Shown here piece after piece: positions 49,624-59,467 of a DNA stretch of 64,000 nucleotides (within the stretch, counting starts at the first letter, position 1; each line of letters opens with the position of its first letter). Origin of the DNA: Thermodesulfobacteriota bacterium (lineage in GTDB: Bacteria; Desulfobacterota_D; UBA1144; Nemesobacterales; N074bin48). The stretch covers positions 15,973-79,972 of the forward strand of contig JBFFSH010000002.1 in the NCBI GenBank assembly GCA_041572575.1, read 5' to 3'. The notes under the pieces are model-generated. The model was given only the letters and a program-made list of their open reading frames with translations. It was not told where the DNA came from and searched no databases. The position numbers and the translations under genes were made by a program.

Positions 49624-50706
49624 ATGAATCTAAAAATAGCATACTTCATATCTCCACACGGATTTGGTCACGCCGCAAGAGCAGCAGCGATAATGGATAG
49701 TCTTAGTGATCTGAACAACAATATCGAATTTGAAATTTTTACAACTGTGCCACAGTGGTTTTTCACAAACTCAGGCATAAAAAACTTCAAATATTATGAC
49801 CTGCTTACAGACATTGGGTTTGTCCAAAAGACCCCGCTGCGAGAAGACCTGGATGGGACTATTGCTAAACTGGATGAGTTCATTCCATTCGATGATTCAA
49901 TAGTAAATAATATTTCTAATAAACTATATTATCTGGACTGCAAATTAATACTCTCAGATATTTCCCCTCTCGGTATACAAATCGCAGCAAAGGCAAATAT
50001 CCCTTCTGTCCTTATAGAAAACTTCACCTGGGACTGGATATATTCTCAGTATAACTTTGAAAGCAAAACCCTGGACAATCACATTTCCTACCTGAGCAAA
50101 ATTTATGATACTGCTAGCTATAGAATAAAAACTGAGCCTGTATGCTTTGAAGGTAATTCAGATTTATTTGCTAATCCTGTAAGTAGAAATCCAAGAACAG
50201 ACCATTTGGATATTAGGAAGCAATTGAAAATACCTGCAGACAACAAAATAGTAATGATAACAATGGGGGGAATTCCTTCACAGTACGATTTCATTGATAA
50301 ACTTGAATCTTTTAATGAGATAACCTTTATTATCCCCGGAGGCTCTGATTATCTGGAAACTAGAAACAATCTTGTATTAATCCCGCATAAATCTGATTTC
50401 TTTCACCCTGATCTTATAAATGCCTCCGATGTGGTAATCGGCAAAGTGGGTTACAGCACACTTGCTGAAGTCTTTAGCTCTGGCGTGCCATTTGGATATA
50501 TTCTTAGACCCCAATTCCCTGAATCTATAGCATTACACAGATTTATAAAAGAAAATATGAATGGAATAGAAATTCCAGAAGGTGAGTTTTATTCAGGTAA
50601 ATGGTTAAACATAATAAATCAGCTTTTAGTACTTCCTAAAATTGAAAGGAAAGAACCAAATGGCGCAGATCAAACTGCGGATTTTATTAATAAATTGATA
50701 CAATAA
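49624..50706 (+). CDS. GT-B fold glycosyltransferase (GT1/MurG-like superfamily)
   Basis: N-terminal GFGHAAR and C-terminal GKVGYSTLAEVFSSGVPF resemble GT1 donor-binding motifs. Confidence 0.5.
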   Translation: MNLKIAYFISPHGFGHAARAAAIMDSLSDLNNNIEFEIFTTVPQWFFTNSGIKNFKYYDLLTDIGFVQKTPLREDLDGTIAKLDEFIPFDDSIVNNISNKLYYLDCKLILSDISPLGIQIAAKANIPSVLIENFTWDWIYSQYNFESKTLDNHISYLSKIYDTASYRIKTEPVCFEGNSDLFANPVSRNPRTDHLDIRKQLKIPADNKIVMITMGGIPSQYDFIDKLESFNEITFIIPGGSDYLETRNNLVLIPHKSDFFHPDLINASDVVIGKVGYSTLAEVFSSGVPFGYILRPQFPESIALHRFIKENMNGIEIPEGEFYSGKWLNIINQLLVLPKIERKEPNGADQTADFINKLIQ

Positions 50707-50751
50707 ATAATATTTCCTTTATTAAGATTTATCTAATAAACTATTGTTATA

Positions 50752-51111
50752 ATGAGTGAAGAAAAACTACCACAGAAAATTACAGAGGATATTTCTGAAG
50801 AATATTCAGAATCATCTTTTTGGACAAAGATCAAGAACTACGCAAAATCCGCCGGCAAAGAAGTCATAGAAAAATCACTGATTTTATATTTCTGCCTCAA
50901 AGACCCCGACACTCCTTCATGGGCAAAATCTGTTATTGCCGGAACTCTCGGATATTTCATACTGCCTATGGATTCCATCCCGGATTTAACCCCATTTATA
51001 GGCTTTAGTGACGATCTTGGGGCGCTTGCAGCCGCTATTGGCATTGTAGGTATTCACATTAAGAAAAAGCACAGAGAAATGGCAAAAGAGAAAATGAACG
51101 AGTGGTTTTAA
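50752..51111 (+). CDS. DUF1232 (YkvA-like) membrane protein
   Basis: LPMDSIPDLTPFIGFSDDLG matches the DUF1232 PxDxIPDxxPxxGxxDD core. Confidence 0.65.
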   Translation: MSEEKLPQKITEDISEEYSESSFWTKIKNYAKSAGKEVIEKSLILYFCLKDPDTPSWAKSVIAGTLGYFILPMDSIPDLTPFIGFSDDLGALAAAIGIVGIHIKKKHREMAKEKMNEWF

Positions 51112-51132
51112 CAAGAATATTGATTAAAAGCT

Positions 51133-51633
51133 ATGATATCAAATGAATTACGAGAAACTATAGATACCCAGTTTCGCATCAAAAATCTCTTATGGATCGG
51201 GCTTACTGTAGGTCTTATCCTCTATTTTTTTGCTGTATATTTTATTACTACCGGTAAAGAGCCTAACCCGAACATTTCTCAGATGACTCAATATGTATTT
51301 GCCGGATTTGGATTTTTATTAATTATAATAGCTATAGCAATCCGTAAATTCAGTTTTTCTGAAGACAGACTAAAAAGTGTTTGTTTATCAGCACAGATAA
51401 ATTCAGACGATTGGACTGAAAAAATTACAAAATACCTATCAAGACAACAGGTGTTTTATATCATAAGCCTAGCAATAAATGACTCCATTGGAATACTAGG
51501 AATTGCAATAGGATTTATAAGCAGAGACATCAATAAAGCACTGCCATATATTTTGGTAGCGATTTTACTTAATATTTGGGTATATCCAAAAAAAGAAAGG
51601 TTTCTTGCTAACTTACAAAAAACAGGGCAGTAA
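51133..51633 (+). CDS. hypothetical membrane protein, 4 TM
   Basis: Hydrophobic segments only; no family recognised. Confidence 0.4.
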   Translation: MISNELRETIDTQFRIKNLLWIGLTVGLILYFFAVYFITTGKEPNPNISQMTQYVFAGFGFLLIIIAIAIRKFSFSEDRLKSVCLSAQINSDDWTEKITKYLSRQQVFYIISLAINDSIGILGIAIGFISRDINKALPYILVAILLNIWVYPKKERFLANLQKTGQ

Positions 51634-51645
51634 TAATTAATAATT

Positions 51646-52443
51646 TTAGCCGGGATTTGAAGACAAGTAGCCAAGTGCGATAAAGGTAATTACAATTACA
51701 ATAAATCCCGCAATCGCTCCAATTGCTGCTTTACGGCCTTTCCACCCTATACCAAGCCTGCCGTATATTAAAAATGCATAGAGAAACCAGGTAATAATTG
51801 CCCAAATCTCTTTTTGCTGCAAGCGCAAAAATACATCCCATTTGCTTTTGGTAAATATTATCCCAAGAGCAAGCCCAATTGTTAAAAGCGGAAAACCAAT
51901 TAACAGACAAAAATGATTAATGCTATCCAGGGTTGAGAGTGACGGGAATTTCTTTAGCAACCCACTTATATTCTTACTTTTTATCCTGTTTTGTTGAAAT
52001 ATATACAGAAGTCCCGCAAAAAATGCCAGAGTAAATATAGCCTGACTCAAAAATGTAATAAAAATATGTATTAGAAGCACGGGATTTTCACCAGGATCAC
52101 CGGCGTTTACTAAATCTGTAGGAAAAACTACCGATGGAAGAGTGATAAGAAATACCAGAGGGAGCACCAAAGCACCCAGCACATAAGTATTGGATTTTAT
52201 ATGGTAGATTAAAAAAACAACTATTATAAAAAACGCAAATATAAAAATAGAATTATCAAAACTGCCGTCAAACAATTCCCCGGCTCTAAAAAGCAATAAC
52301 GCACTTATTAGATGACATATTACACCCACATAAAGTGAATAATTGACTAGAGATATTAGCAATCTGGAATTATTCCAAAGATTATATATTAAAATTATAG
52401 AAGAAAGAAAATATATAAGTACAGCTATCTGCTGAAATATCAT
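51646..52443 (-). CDS. cytochrome c assembly protein family (CcsA/HemX/YpjD-like) membrane protein
   Basis: 8 TM; W-rich C-terminal region; sits downstream of prfA in the position hemX-like genes occupy near hemA-prfA clusters. Confidence 0.4.
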   Translation of the reverse strand: MIFQQIAVLIYFLSSIILIYNLWNNSRLLISLVNYSLYVGVICHLISALLLFRAGELFDGSFDNSIFIFAFFIIVVFLIYHIKSNTYVLGALVLPLVFLITLPSVVFPTDLVNAGDPGENPVLLIHIFITFLSQAIFTLAFFAGLLYIFQQNRIKSKNISGLLKKFPSLSTLDSINHFCLLIGFPLLTIGLALGIIFTKSKWDVFLRLQQKEIWAIITWFLYAFLIYGRLGIGWKGRKAAIGAIAGFIVIVITFIALGYLSSNPG

Positions 52444-52503
52444 TATAATATATTAATACATTATAATAGAGTATTAAATAAATTATTTTAAATAATAAGA
52501 GAT

Positions 52504-53616
52504 TTAGTTTTGAAGACTTTGCTTAAGTGATTCATTTTGCTGGTAATCATTTAATGCATCAATAAGCTCATCAAGCTCCCCTTCGAGAATCTGTTCAAGT
52601 TTATGCAGGGTAAGCCCGATTCTGTGATCTGTAACGCGGACATCTTTATAATTATAAGTCCTTATCTTTTCACTCCTGTCTCCGCTTCCTACCATATTTT
52701 TTCTGATGTTTGAAATCTCTGACTGACGCTTCTCTTCTTCAAGCTCATAAATCTTAGCCTTTAGCATTCTCATAGCCTTGGCTCTGTTTTTATGCTGAGA
52801 TCTCTCATCCTGACATTGTGCAACTACACCCGTGGGCATATGAGTAATTCTTATTGCAGAATCTGTTTTATTTACGTGCTGACCACCAGGGCCCGAAGCG
52901 CGGTAAGTATCAACCCTCAGATCCTTTTCATCTATATCAACTTCTACATCTTCTGGCTCAACAAGTATCATTACAGTGGCCGTAGAGGTATGTATCCTGC
53001 CCCCCGTTTCAGTGGCGGGAACCCTTTGCACCCTGTGTACCCCGCTCTCAAATTTGAATTTTTTATATACATTTTTGCCTTCGATTGATGCAACCACTTC
53101 TTTAATTCCACCAATGCCTGTATCATTAATATTCATTATCTCTACTTTCCACCCATTTTTTTCTGCAAAATGCGTATACATACGAAATAAATTTGCAGCA
53201 AATAGTGCAGCTTCATCTCCGCCTGTCCCTGCCCTTATTTCAATAAAAATGCTCTTTTCATCATTAGGATCTTTTGGTAAAAGCAGTATCTGAAGCTCCT
53301 TTTCCAATTTCTGCTGCCTTGGCTCCAATTCTTCCAGTTCTTCTTTAGCAAGTTCCTGTAACTCTTTGTCTTTTAACAATTCTTTGTTGTTTTCAATCTG
53401 CTCTAATACAGATTTGTATTCCCTGTAAGCTTCTACTACTTCTGTGAGCTTCGATCTTTCACTTGAAAACTTATGGATATCCGTTGGGCTTATTTCAGGA
53501 TTTGAAAGTTGTCTGTCGAGGTCAGAGCATTTCTTTTCGACCTCTTCGAGTTGTTTTATTATTTCTATATTGCTCATTTGTTGGTATAATGTTTCCACAT
53601 CTTGCAATAATATCAA
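52504..53616 (-). CDS. prfA: peptide chain release factor 1
   Basis: RVPATE (PxT), [16 protein letters not shown] (GGQ). Confidence 0.95.
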   Translation of the reverse strand: MILLQDVETLYQQMSNIEIIKQLEEVEKKCSDLDRQLSNPEISPTDIHKFSSERSKLTEVVEAYREYKSVLEQIENNKELLKDKELQELAKEELEELEPRQQKLEKELQILLLPKDPNDEKSIFIEIRAGTGGDEAALFAANLFRMYTHFAEKNGWKVEIMNINDTGIGGIKEVVASIEGKNVYKKFKFESGVHRVQRVPATETGGRIHTSTATVMILVEPEDVEVDIDEKDLRVDTYRASGPGGQHVNKTDSAIRITHMPTGVVAQCQDERSQHKNRAKAMRMLKAKIYELEEEKRQSEISNIRKNMVGSGDRSEKIRTYNYKDVRVTDHRIGLTLHKLEQILEGELDELIDALNDYQQNESLKQSLQN

Positions 53617-53642
53617 GATAGGATTAAACTGATTAGAAAGTT

Positions 53643-53852
53643 ATGAAAACAATTGACGTCCTTGAAAGCAAAATTAAAGAAGCATTGGAAGTAAAAACAA
53701 AGCTCGAAGAAAAGCAGCAAGTGCTAATGGAAGAAATTGAGCAGCTTAGAGGTAGTGTAGAACAGCTTGAGATAGAACGAGAGAAGACTAAACAAACAAT
53801 TGATATGATAATTGAAAAGGTTGAGCTGTATATTAAAAGGGCAGAGGCTTAA
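53643..53852 (+). CDS. zapB: ZapB-like coiled-coil cell-division protein
   Basis: 69-aa all-coiled-coil protein resembling E. coli ZapB, directly upstream of zapA. Confidence 0.5.
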   Translation: MKTIDVLESKIKEALEVKTKLEEKQQVLMEEIEQLRGSVEQLEIEREKTKQTIDMIIEKVELYIKRAEA

Positions 53853-53854
53853 AC

Positions 53855-54235
53855 TTGAAAAGTATTAAAATCAAGATTTACAACAGGGAATACAATATAA
53901 AGACCGACGCTGATGAAGAATATATTCACAGTTTAGCTTCTTTTTTAGAACAACGATTAAAAGAAAACACTTCTCAGGTAATAGATTTAAACATACCCTA
54001 CCCTTTACTGCTGGCGGTTTTTCAAATCGCAGACGATTTCTTCCGCACAAAGACAGAATTAGAGGAGTTTAAAAAACGTGCAGAAGATAGATCAAAGCAG
54101 CTTGTCCGAATCCTGGACGATGCTCTCAAAAACGGAGATACATACGCAGCCAACACAGATGGAACAGGACAAGTTAGTAAAATTACAGAACCCACAGCAA
54201 GTTCAAACACCAAGCAAGAAGAACTATTTAAATAA
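53855..54235 (+). CDS. zapA: cell division protein ZapA
   Basis: IKIYNREYNIKTDADEEYIHSLASFLEQRL...PLLLAVFQIADDF ZapA core. Confidence 0.75.
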   Translation: MKSIKIKIYNREYNIKTDADEEYIHSLASFLEQRLKENTSQVIDLNIPYPLLLAVFQIADDFFRTKTELEEFKKRAEDRSKQLVRILDDALKNGDTYAANTDGTGQVSKITEPTASSNTKQEELFK

Positions 54236-54845
54236 TAGCTCTGATAGCTGCATTAATGATTATGGTTCAAATGAGATTAAAAACTCTTTAAGGATTCACT
54301 ATTTACAAAAAAGACTAAGTCTATGTAAAAAAGATCTTAAATATAAAAGTGCTGTAATATCTAAGAATTTAATAAACCACCCTGTATATCAAAATAGCGA
54401 AATCATTGCACTTTATTACCCTATTCGCTCCGAAGTCGATGTTTTAAACATATTTGATACAAACAGAAAGCTTGGAAAGAAATCATGCTTTCCAAAAGTT
54501 TGTGGTAACACATTAAGGTTCTACGAAGTATCTGAGAAGTCTCATCTAAAATCAGGAACTTATGGCATTTTAGAACCCAACAATAGAGACTGTAAAGAAA
54601 TATCCCCCGAAGATATTGACCTATTCATCATACCAGCTGTTTGCATCGACTATAGAGGCAACAGGATAGGCTCAGGAAAGGGATACTACGACAGAGCTTT
54701 AGCTAATATAGATTCATCTAAAAAACTTGGTTTGGTATTTGAAAATCAAATTACCTGCACGATACCCGCTGATGAATTTGATAAACATGTTGGGTATATA
54801 GCAACAGAGGCGGGAGTAATAAAAATTAGGAGAAGAGGTAACTAA
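54078..54845 (+). CDS. 5-formyltetrahydrofolate cyclo-ligase; start uncertain, no in-frame ATG downstream of the zapA stop
   Basis: Core motifs ALYYPIRSEVDV, GILEP, RIGSGKGYYDR; the conserved region begins ~54290; in-frame ATGs only at 54078, 54120 and 54159, all inside zapA. Confidence 0.7.
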   Translation: MQKIDQSSLSESWTMLSKTEIHTQPTQMEQDKLVKLQNPQQVQTPSKKNYLNNSSDSCINDYGSNEIKNSLRIHYLQKRLSLCKKDLKYKSAVISKNLINHPVYQNSEIIALYYPIRSEVDVLNIFDTNRKLGKKSCFPKVCGNTLRFYEVSEKSHLKSGTYGILEPNNRDCKEISPEDIDLFIIPAVCIDYRGNRIGSGKGYYDRALANIDSSKKLGLVFENQITCTIPADEFDKHVGYIATEAGVIKIRRRGN

Positions 54846-54846
54846 T

Positions 54847-56403
54847 ATGGATATTCAATCAATAGCGTTTCTAATAGCTGGACTTATCGTTGGAGCAGCA
54901 ATCATATTCATCTACAAAGCCAGTTTGGAAAAGAAAGACGCTGAAAATGCAAGGTCAGAAGCAGAAAAAATAACTGATGGAGCAAAAAATGAAGCAGAAA
55001 AAATAAGGCTTGAAGCAGAGCTTAAAGCTAAGCAGATAGTGGATAAATCAAAGTCAGAAGCTGATAAATTAACACGTGAGCAGCAAAAAGAGATTTCTAG
55101 GATTGAAAAAAAGCTTCAAAATAAAGAGGATAACCTGGATAAAAAGTATGAAAACCTAGAAAGAAGGGCAAACGATCTTACAAGAAAGGAACAGGAACTG
55201 CCTCAAAGAGAAAAGGAATTAGAAGACAAACAGGCTGAGCTCGATGCTATTATTGAAGAAGCAAAATCCAAAATAGAGCAGATTGCAGGAATGTCTCAGG
55301 AAGCCGCCAAAAGAGAGTTAGTAAATGTAATAGAAAACGAAGCTCGTCATGAAGCTGCCAAGAAGCTTAAAATTATTGAGGATGAACTAAATGAAACGGC
55401 CTCAAAAAAAGCAAGAGATGTACTTGCTCTGGCAGCCCAGAGATATGCAGGAGAGTATGCAAGCGAAAAAACAGTTTCAGTGGTGCAGCTTCCAAGCGAT
55501 GACCTAAAGGGAAGAATAATCGGAAGAGAGGGAAGGAATATCAGGTCACTCGAGCTTAGAACCGGCGTAGATTTAATTATTGATGACACACCCGAAACAG
55601 TAGTTATATCATCACTTAACCCCATTAGAAGGGAAGTAGCCAGAAAATCCCTCGAGTACTTAATCCAGGATGGAAGGATTCACCCGGGAAGAATTGAAGA
55701 GATAGTAAGCCAGGTTGAAGAAGAGCTTGATAAAGAGATGCAGAAATCCGGTGAAGAAGCGGTATTTGATCTTGGCATTCATGGTATGCACCCAGAGCTT
55801 ATTAAACTTATAGGTAAACTTAAATATAGAACAAGTTACTCGCAAAATATGCTTACGCACTCGATCGAGGTTGCATTTATATGCGGCATAATAGCCTCTG
55901 AAATCGGATTTGATCAAAAAGCGGCTAAAAGAGCTGCACTGCTGCATGATATAGGAAAAGCCGTGGATCACGAACAGGAAGGCTCTCATGTGGAAATTGG
56001 AGAAGAGCTTGTTAGAAAGTACGGAGAACGTGCAGATATAATAGAGGCTGTTGCCACATATCATGATCCAAGCCCAACTTCTATGCTTGCAGTGCTGGTA
56101 CAGGCTGCGGATGCCGTATCAGCCGCAAGGCCCGGAGCAAGAAGGGAAACTTATGAAGCATATATTAAACGCATAGATGATATAGAAAGAATTGCAGGCT
56201 CATTTAGAGGTGTAGATAAATGCTATGCAATCTCTGCTGGCAGGGAAGTAAGAGTGCTTGTGGAAAGTGATATGGTAAACGATGAAGAATCGGTGCTACT
56301 ATCTAGTGAAATTGCACAAAAGATTGAAAAAGAAGTTACGTATCCAGGGCAGGTTAAAATTACGGTAATCAGGGAAGTGAGGTCATCTGCCCAGGCTTCA
56401 TAA
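54847..56403 (+). CDS. rny: ribonuclease Y
   Basis: N-terminal TM, coiled coil, KH (GREGRNIRSLE) and HD (LLHDIGKA) domains. Confidence 0.9.
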   Translation: MDIQSIAFLIAGLIVGAAIIFIYKASLEKKDAENARSEAEKITDGAKNEAEKIRLEAELKAKQIVDKSKSEADKLTREQQKEISRIEKKLQNKEDNLDKKYENLERRANDLTRKEQELPQREKELEDKQAELDAIIEEAKSKIEQIAGMSQEAAKRELVNVIENEARHEAAKKLKIIEDELNETASKKARDVLALAAQRYAGEYASEKTVSVVQLPSDDLKGRIIGREGRNIRSLELRTGVDLIIDDTPETVVISSLNPIRREVARKSLEYLIQDGRIHPGRIEEIVSQVEEELDKEMQKSGEEAVFDLGIHGMHPELIKLIGKLKYRTSYSQNMLTHSIEVAFICGIIASEIGFDQKAAKRAALLHDIGKAVDHEQEGSHVEIGEELVRKYGERADIIEAVATYHDPSPTSMLAVLVQAADAVSAARPGARRETYEAYIKRIDDIERIAGSFRGVDKCYAISAGREVRVLVESDMVNDEESVLLSSEIAQKIEKEVTYPGQVKITVIREVRSSAQAS

Positions 56404-56432
56404 TTTATAAATACTAAAAATATAAATTAGTA

Positions 56433-56460
56433 TTGAACAGCAAATTAAATCTGTTATAAT
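56433..56460 (+). promoter_or_regulatory. sigma-70-type promoter for tRNA-Met
   Basis: TTGAAC-16 nt-TATAAT; ends 20 nt upstream of the tRNA 5' end. Confidence 0.5.
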
Positions 56461-56480
56461 GCATGGTTCTGTATTATTAG

Positions 56481-56553
56481 GGCCCATAGCTCAGTAGGTT
56501 AGAGCGGCGGACTCATAATCCGTTGGTCCCTGGTTCGAGTCCGGGTGGGCCCA
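56481..56553 (+). tRNA. tRNA-Met (CAU anticodon); could alternatively be tRNA-Ile2 (k2CAU)
   Basis: Cloverleaf with 7-bp acceptor GGGCCCA/TGGGCCC, D-arm GCTCAGTAGGTTAGAGC, anticodon loop CTCATAA, T-arm GGTTCGAGTCC; G1-C72 pair, so not an initiator; CCA not encoded. Confidence 0.85.
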
Positions 56554-56720
56554 AATTATTTATATTAGCAATTTGTAATTTGGAACTAAAATAGCTATAA
56601 AAATGGGTAAAACCAAAAAGATCATTAAAACTAACTCAAGTAACCATATATTTCTAACCACATATAAGTACCCAATTTTATACCTTAAAGACTTATTCTA
56701 TATTTATTTAGGAGGGAAGC

Positions 56721-57455
56721 ATGAAGGAACAGTTAGCAGCTCTTGAAAAACTGCAGCAAATTGACTCAGAGCTGATGGGGATGGAGGTTGACCTTAATAA
56801 ATACCCAAAAGAAATATCTTCATTACAAAATGAACTTGAAAAAGACAAACAAGACATATCAAACTTAGAGCAGCAGTTACAAACAATACAGTCAGATAAA
56901 ACCCAGATGGAGCAGACCTTAGAGCAGAACAATCAGAATATTAAATCTACCGAAGACAGACTTTTTGAGATTAAAACCCATAAGGAATATGTTGCTCTTC
57001 AAAAAGAAATAGCTGAGTCAAAAAGAGCAAATTCGGATATAGAAGAAAATATCCTCAAAGAAATGGAACGTATTGAGCAGATCGAAGAAAAATTAGCCAA
57101 GCTCAAAGAGGACTACAGTGTAAAAGAAACAGAATATACAGAAAGAATTAATGATCAAAAGAATAAACTCAGCGAGCTACAATCAGCTTATGATCCTATT
57201 AAGGCAAAAAAAGACCAGCAGTCATCCGAAATACAAAAAGAGTATCTTCAAAGGTATGAAAGGGCTCGAAACAAAAATGGATCTGCTATGGCGCTTGCTG
57301 AAAATGAGAGATGCACAGGCTGTCACATGAATATCCCTGCCCAGCTATTTAACGAAGTGCTCAAGCTTACAAAAATGATACAATGTCCAAATTGCAAGAG
57401 AATCCTCTATACTCAAGATGTGCTAGAATCTGAAGAAGTTTCTGAAGATAATTGA
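56721..57455 (+). CDS. coiled-coil protein with C-terminal C4 zinc ribbon (COG1579 / zf-RING_7 family)
   Basis: Long heptad region then CTGCH...CPNCKRILY. Confidence 0.7.
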   Translation: MKEQLAALEKLQQIDSELMGMEVDLNKYPKEISSLQNELEKDKQDISNLEQQLQTIQSDKTQMEQTLEQNNQNIKSTEDRLFEIKTHKEYVALQKEIAESKRANSDIEENILKEMERIEQIEEKLAKLKEDYSVKETEYTERINDQKNKLSELQSAYDPIKAKKDQQSSEIQKEYLQRYERARNKNGSAMALAENERCTGCHMNIPAQLFNEVLKLTKMIQCPNCKRILYTQDVLESEEVSEDN

Positions 57456-57886
57456 ACGCTCATAAAAACTCTGATTATTATAGCATATTTACCGATGGCG
57501 CCTCTAGGGGAAACCCTGGTAAATCAGGTATTGGTATAGTAATTAAAGACCAGAGTAATAATACAATAAAAGTAATCAAGAAGTATTTCCCCAAACTTAC
57601 AAACAATCAGGCTGAGTATAAGGCGCTCTTACTATCACTTGATTACTTAACATCAAATGACATAGACCTGCCTGTAAAGTTCTTCACAGACTCGCAGCTC
57701 CTTGCAAACCAGATTAACGGCAATTGGAAAGTTAAACACCCTGATATAGCCGTGCTGTTCAAGGAAGCGAAAGCACTAATTTCCAAGCTGTCCTCATTTG
57801 AAATCTCATATATACCAAGAGAGAAAAATAAAGAAGCTGACAGGCTTGCAAATGAGGCCATAGATGAATATTCTATTTATGAGTGA
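57452..57886 (+). CDS. rnhA: ribonuclease HI
   Basis: IFTDGASRGNPGKSGIGIVI start (Asp, GxxRGNPG); 4-nt overlap with the upstream gene. Confidence 0.9.
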   Translation: MNAHKNSDYYSIFTDGASRGNPGKSGIGIVIKDQSNNTIKVIKKYFPKLTNNQAEYKALLLSLDYLTSNDIDLPVKFFTDSQLLANQINGNWKVKHPDIAVLFKEAKALISKLSSFEISYIPREKNKEADRLANEAIDEYSIYE

Positions 57887-58226
57887 ACCATGCGGTCGCT
57901 GGTTTTGATTTAATCAAAACCAGAGGAAAGTCCGAACTCCGCAGGGCATGGCGCTGGGTAACGCCCAGGTACCGTGAGGTAACGGAAAGTGCAACAGAAA
58001 ACATACCGCCACTTTTTAGTGGTAAGGGTGAAATGGTGGTGTAAGAGACCACCGCGCAAAGTGGTGACACATTGCGGCATTGTAAACCCCGCCAGGTGCA
58101 AGACCATGTAGGAAGCGCCCGAAGCCGGCCCGGCTGATGCTTCCGGGTGGGTCGCATGAGGCAGTCAGTAATGGCTGTCCCAGATGAATGACCGTACTAG
58201 ACAGAATTCGGCTTACAGGTTCACTC
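57881..58226 (+). ncRNA. rnpB: RNase P RNA, bacterial type A
   Basis: P4 halves GAGGAAAGTCCGAACTCC and ACAGAATTCGGCTTA; AGTGCAACAGAAAACATACCGCC; GGTAAGGGTGAAA; P1 pairing GAGTGAACC/GGTTCACTC defines the ends. Confidence 0.9.
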
Positions 58227-59430
58227 AATTTTTTATTATTACTTTAACAAACTCTCTCTTGCCCAGTTTAATTTCCAGTGAATCTACTGCTGGAATTTCC
58301 GAGTCAATATCACTTATCTTTTCTCCATTTATAGTAAGCCCACCCTGCTGTATAAGCCTTCTGGCATCTGATTTAGACTTAATCTTATCAGATATTTCTA
58401 AAATAAAATTAATCAAATCCGAAATGTCATTTCTACTCAGTGAAACTTCTTTTGCCTCCTCTGGAAACTCCCGTTTTGAAAACTTGGTCTCAAAAGCGCT
58501 TTTTGCTTCAGAGGCTTTACCATCATCATAAAGCCATTTAACTATCAATGACGCCAGATTTCTCTTTGCCTCCATAGGGTGACCTGATTTCAAATTATTA
58601 GTTTCCTGATCGCTTACAGATGTTAAGAGATCGTAGTATTTCCACATTAGGTCATCAGAAACAGACATTACCTTTCCGTACATATCCTCAGGACTATCCT
58701 CTACTGCTATATAGTTGTCCAGTGACTTGGACATTTTTCTTGTGCCGTCCAAACCCTCGAGTATCGGCATGGTAAGAACTATCTGAGGAGCCTGCTCGTA
58801 GTGCCTTTGCAGGTCCCTTCCAAGAAGGAGATTGAACTTTTGATCTGTTCCGCCAAGCTCAACATCTGATTTTATGCTCACAGAATCATAGGCCTGCATA
58901 AGCGGGTACATAAACTCTTTTATAGTGATGGGCTTTCCTGACTTATATCTCTTTTCAAAATCGTCTCTCTCAAGCATCCTTGCTACATTTTCAAGCCCTG
59001 AGAGCTCAAGCATGCCCTCTGCCCCTAAATCACCCAGCCATGCAGAATTAAATACAATCTCGGTTTTAAATCTGTCTATGATCTTAAATACTTGTGATTC
59101 ATAGGTACGTGCATTTACAAGGACCTGTTTTTTAGTAAGAGGTGGTCTGGTGTCAGACCTTCCCGAAGGATCTCCTATCATTGCCGTAAAATCACCTATT
59201 ATTAGTACAACCGTGTGTCCTAAATCCTGAAAATCCCTTAGTTTTTTTAGAAGCACGCAGTGTCCGAGATGAATATCTGGTGCTGTTGGATCGAAACCGG
59301 CTTTTATACGCAGGGGTGTATTCTCTTTTGAAGACTTTTCTAATTTTTTTAGTAACTCCTGTTCAGATATTATCTCCTCTGAACCTTTGCTTATTATTTC
59401 CAGCTGCTCTTTTGGATCTGCAAAATTCAT
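58225..59430 (-). CDS. tyrS: tyrosine--tRNA ligase
   Basis: HLGH and KMSKS motifs, C-terminal S4 domain. Confidence 0.9.
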   Translation of the reverse strand: MNFADPKEQLEIISKGSEEIISEQELLKKLEKSSKENTPLRIKAGFDPTAPDIHLGHCVLLKKLRDFQDLGHTVVLIIGDFTAMIGDPSGRSDTRPPLTKKQVLVNARTYESQVFKIIDRFKTEIVFNSAWLGDLGAEGMLELSGLENVARMLERDDFEKRYKSGKPITIKEFMYPLMQAYDSVSIKSDVELGGTDQKFNLLLGRDLQRHYEQAPQIVLTMPILEGLDGTRKMSKSLDNYIAVEDSPEDMYGKVMSVSDDLMWKYYDLLTSVSDQETNNLKSGHPMEAKRNLASLIVKWLYDDGKASEAKSAFETKFSKREFPEEAKEVSLSRNDISDLINFILEISDKIKSKSDARRLIQQGGLTINGEKISDIDSEIPAVDSLEIKLGKREFVKVIIKN

Positions 59431-59467
59431 CTACCTTTTATCTCCTCGTTTTCTTGGTGAAAAAGCA

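Noticed and set aside
54236-54300. Expected ssrS (6S RNA) between zapA and the 5-FCL gene
   Set aside because: Only ~55 nt separate the zapA stop from the conserved FCL core, far too short for a ~180-nt 6S RNA, and no 6S-like central bubble is evident.
57873-58228. Minus-strand ORFs 57873-58157, 57910-58107 and 58016-58228
   Set aside because: They lie entirely within the RNase P RNA gene; the GC-rich structured RNA happens to lack stops on the antisense strand.
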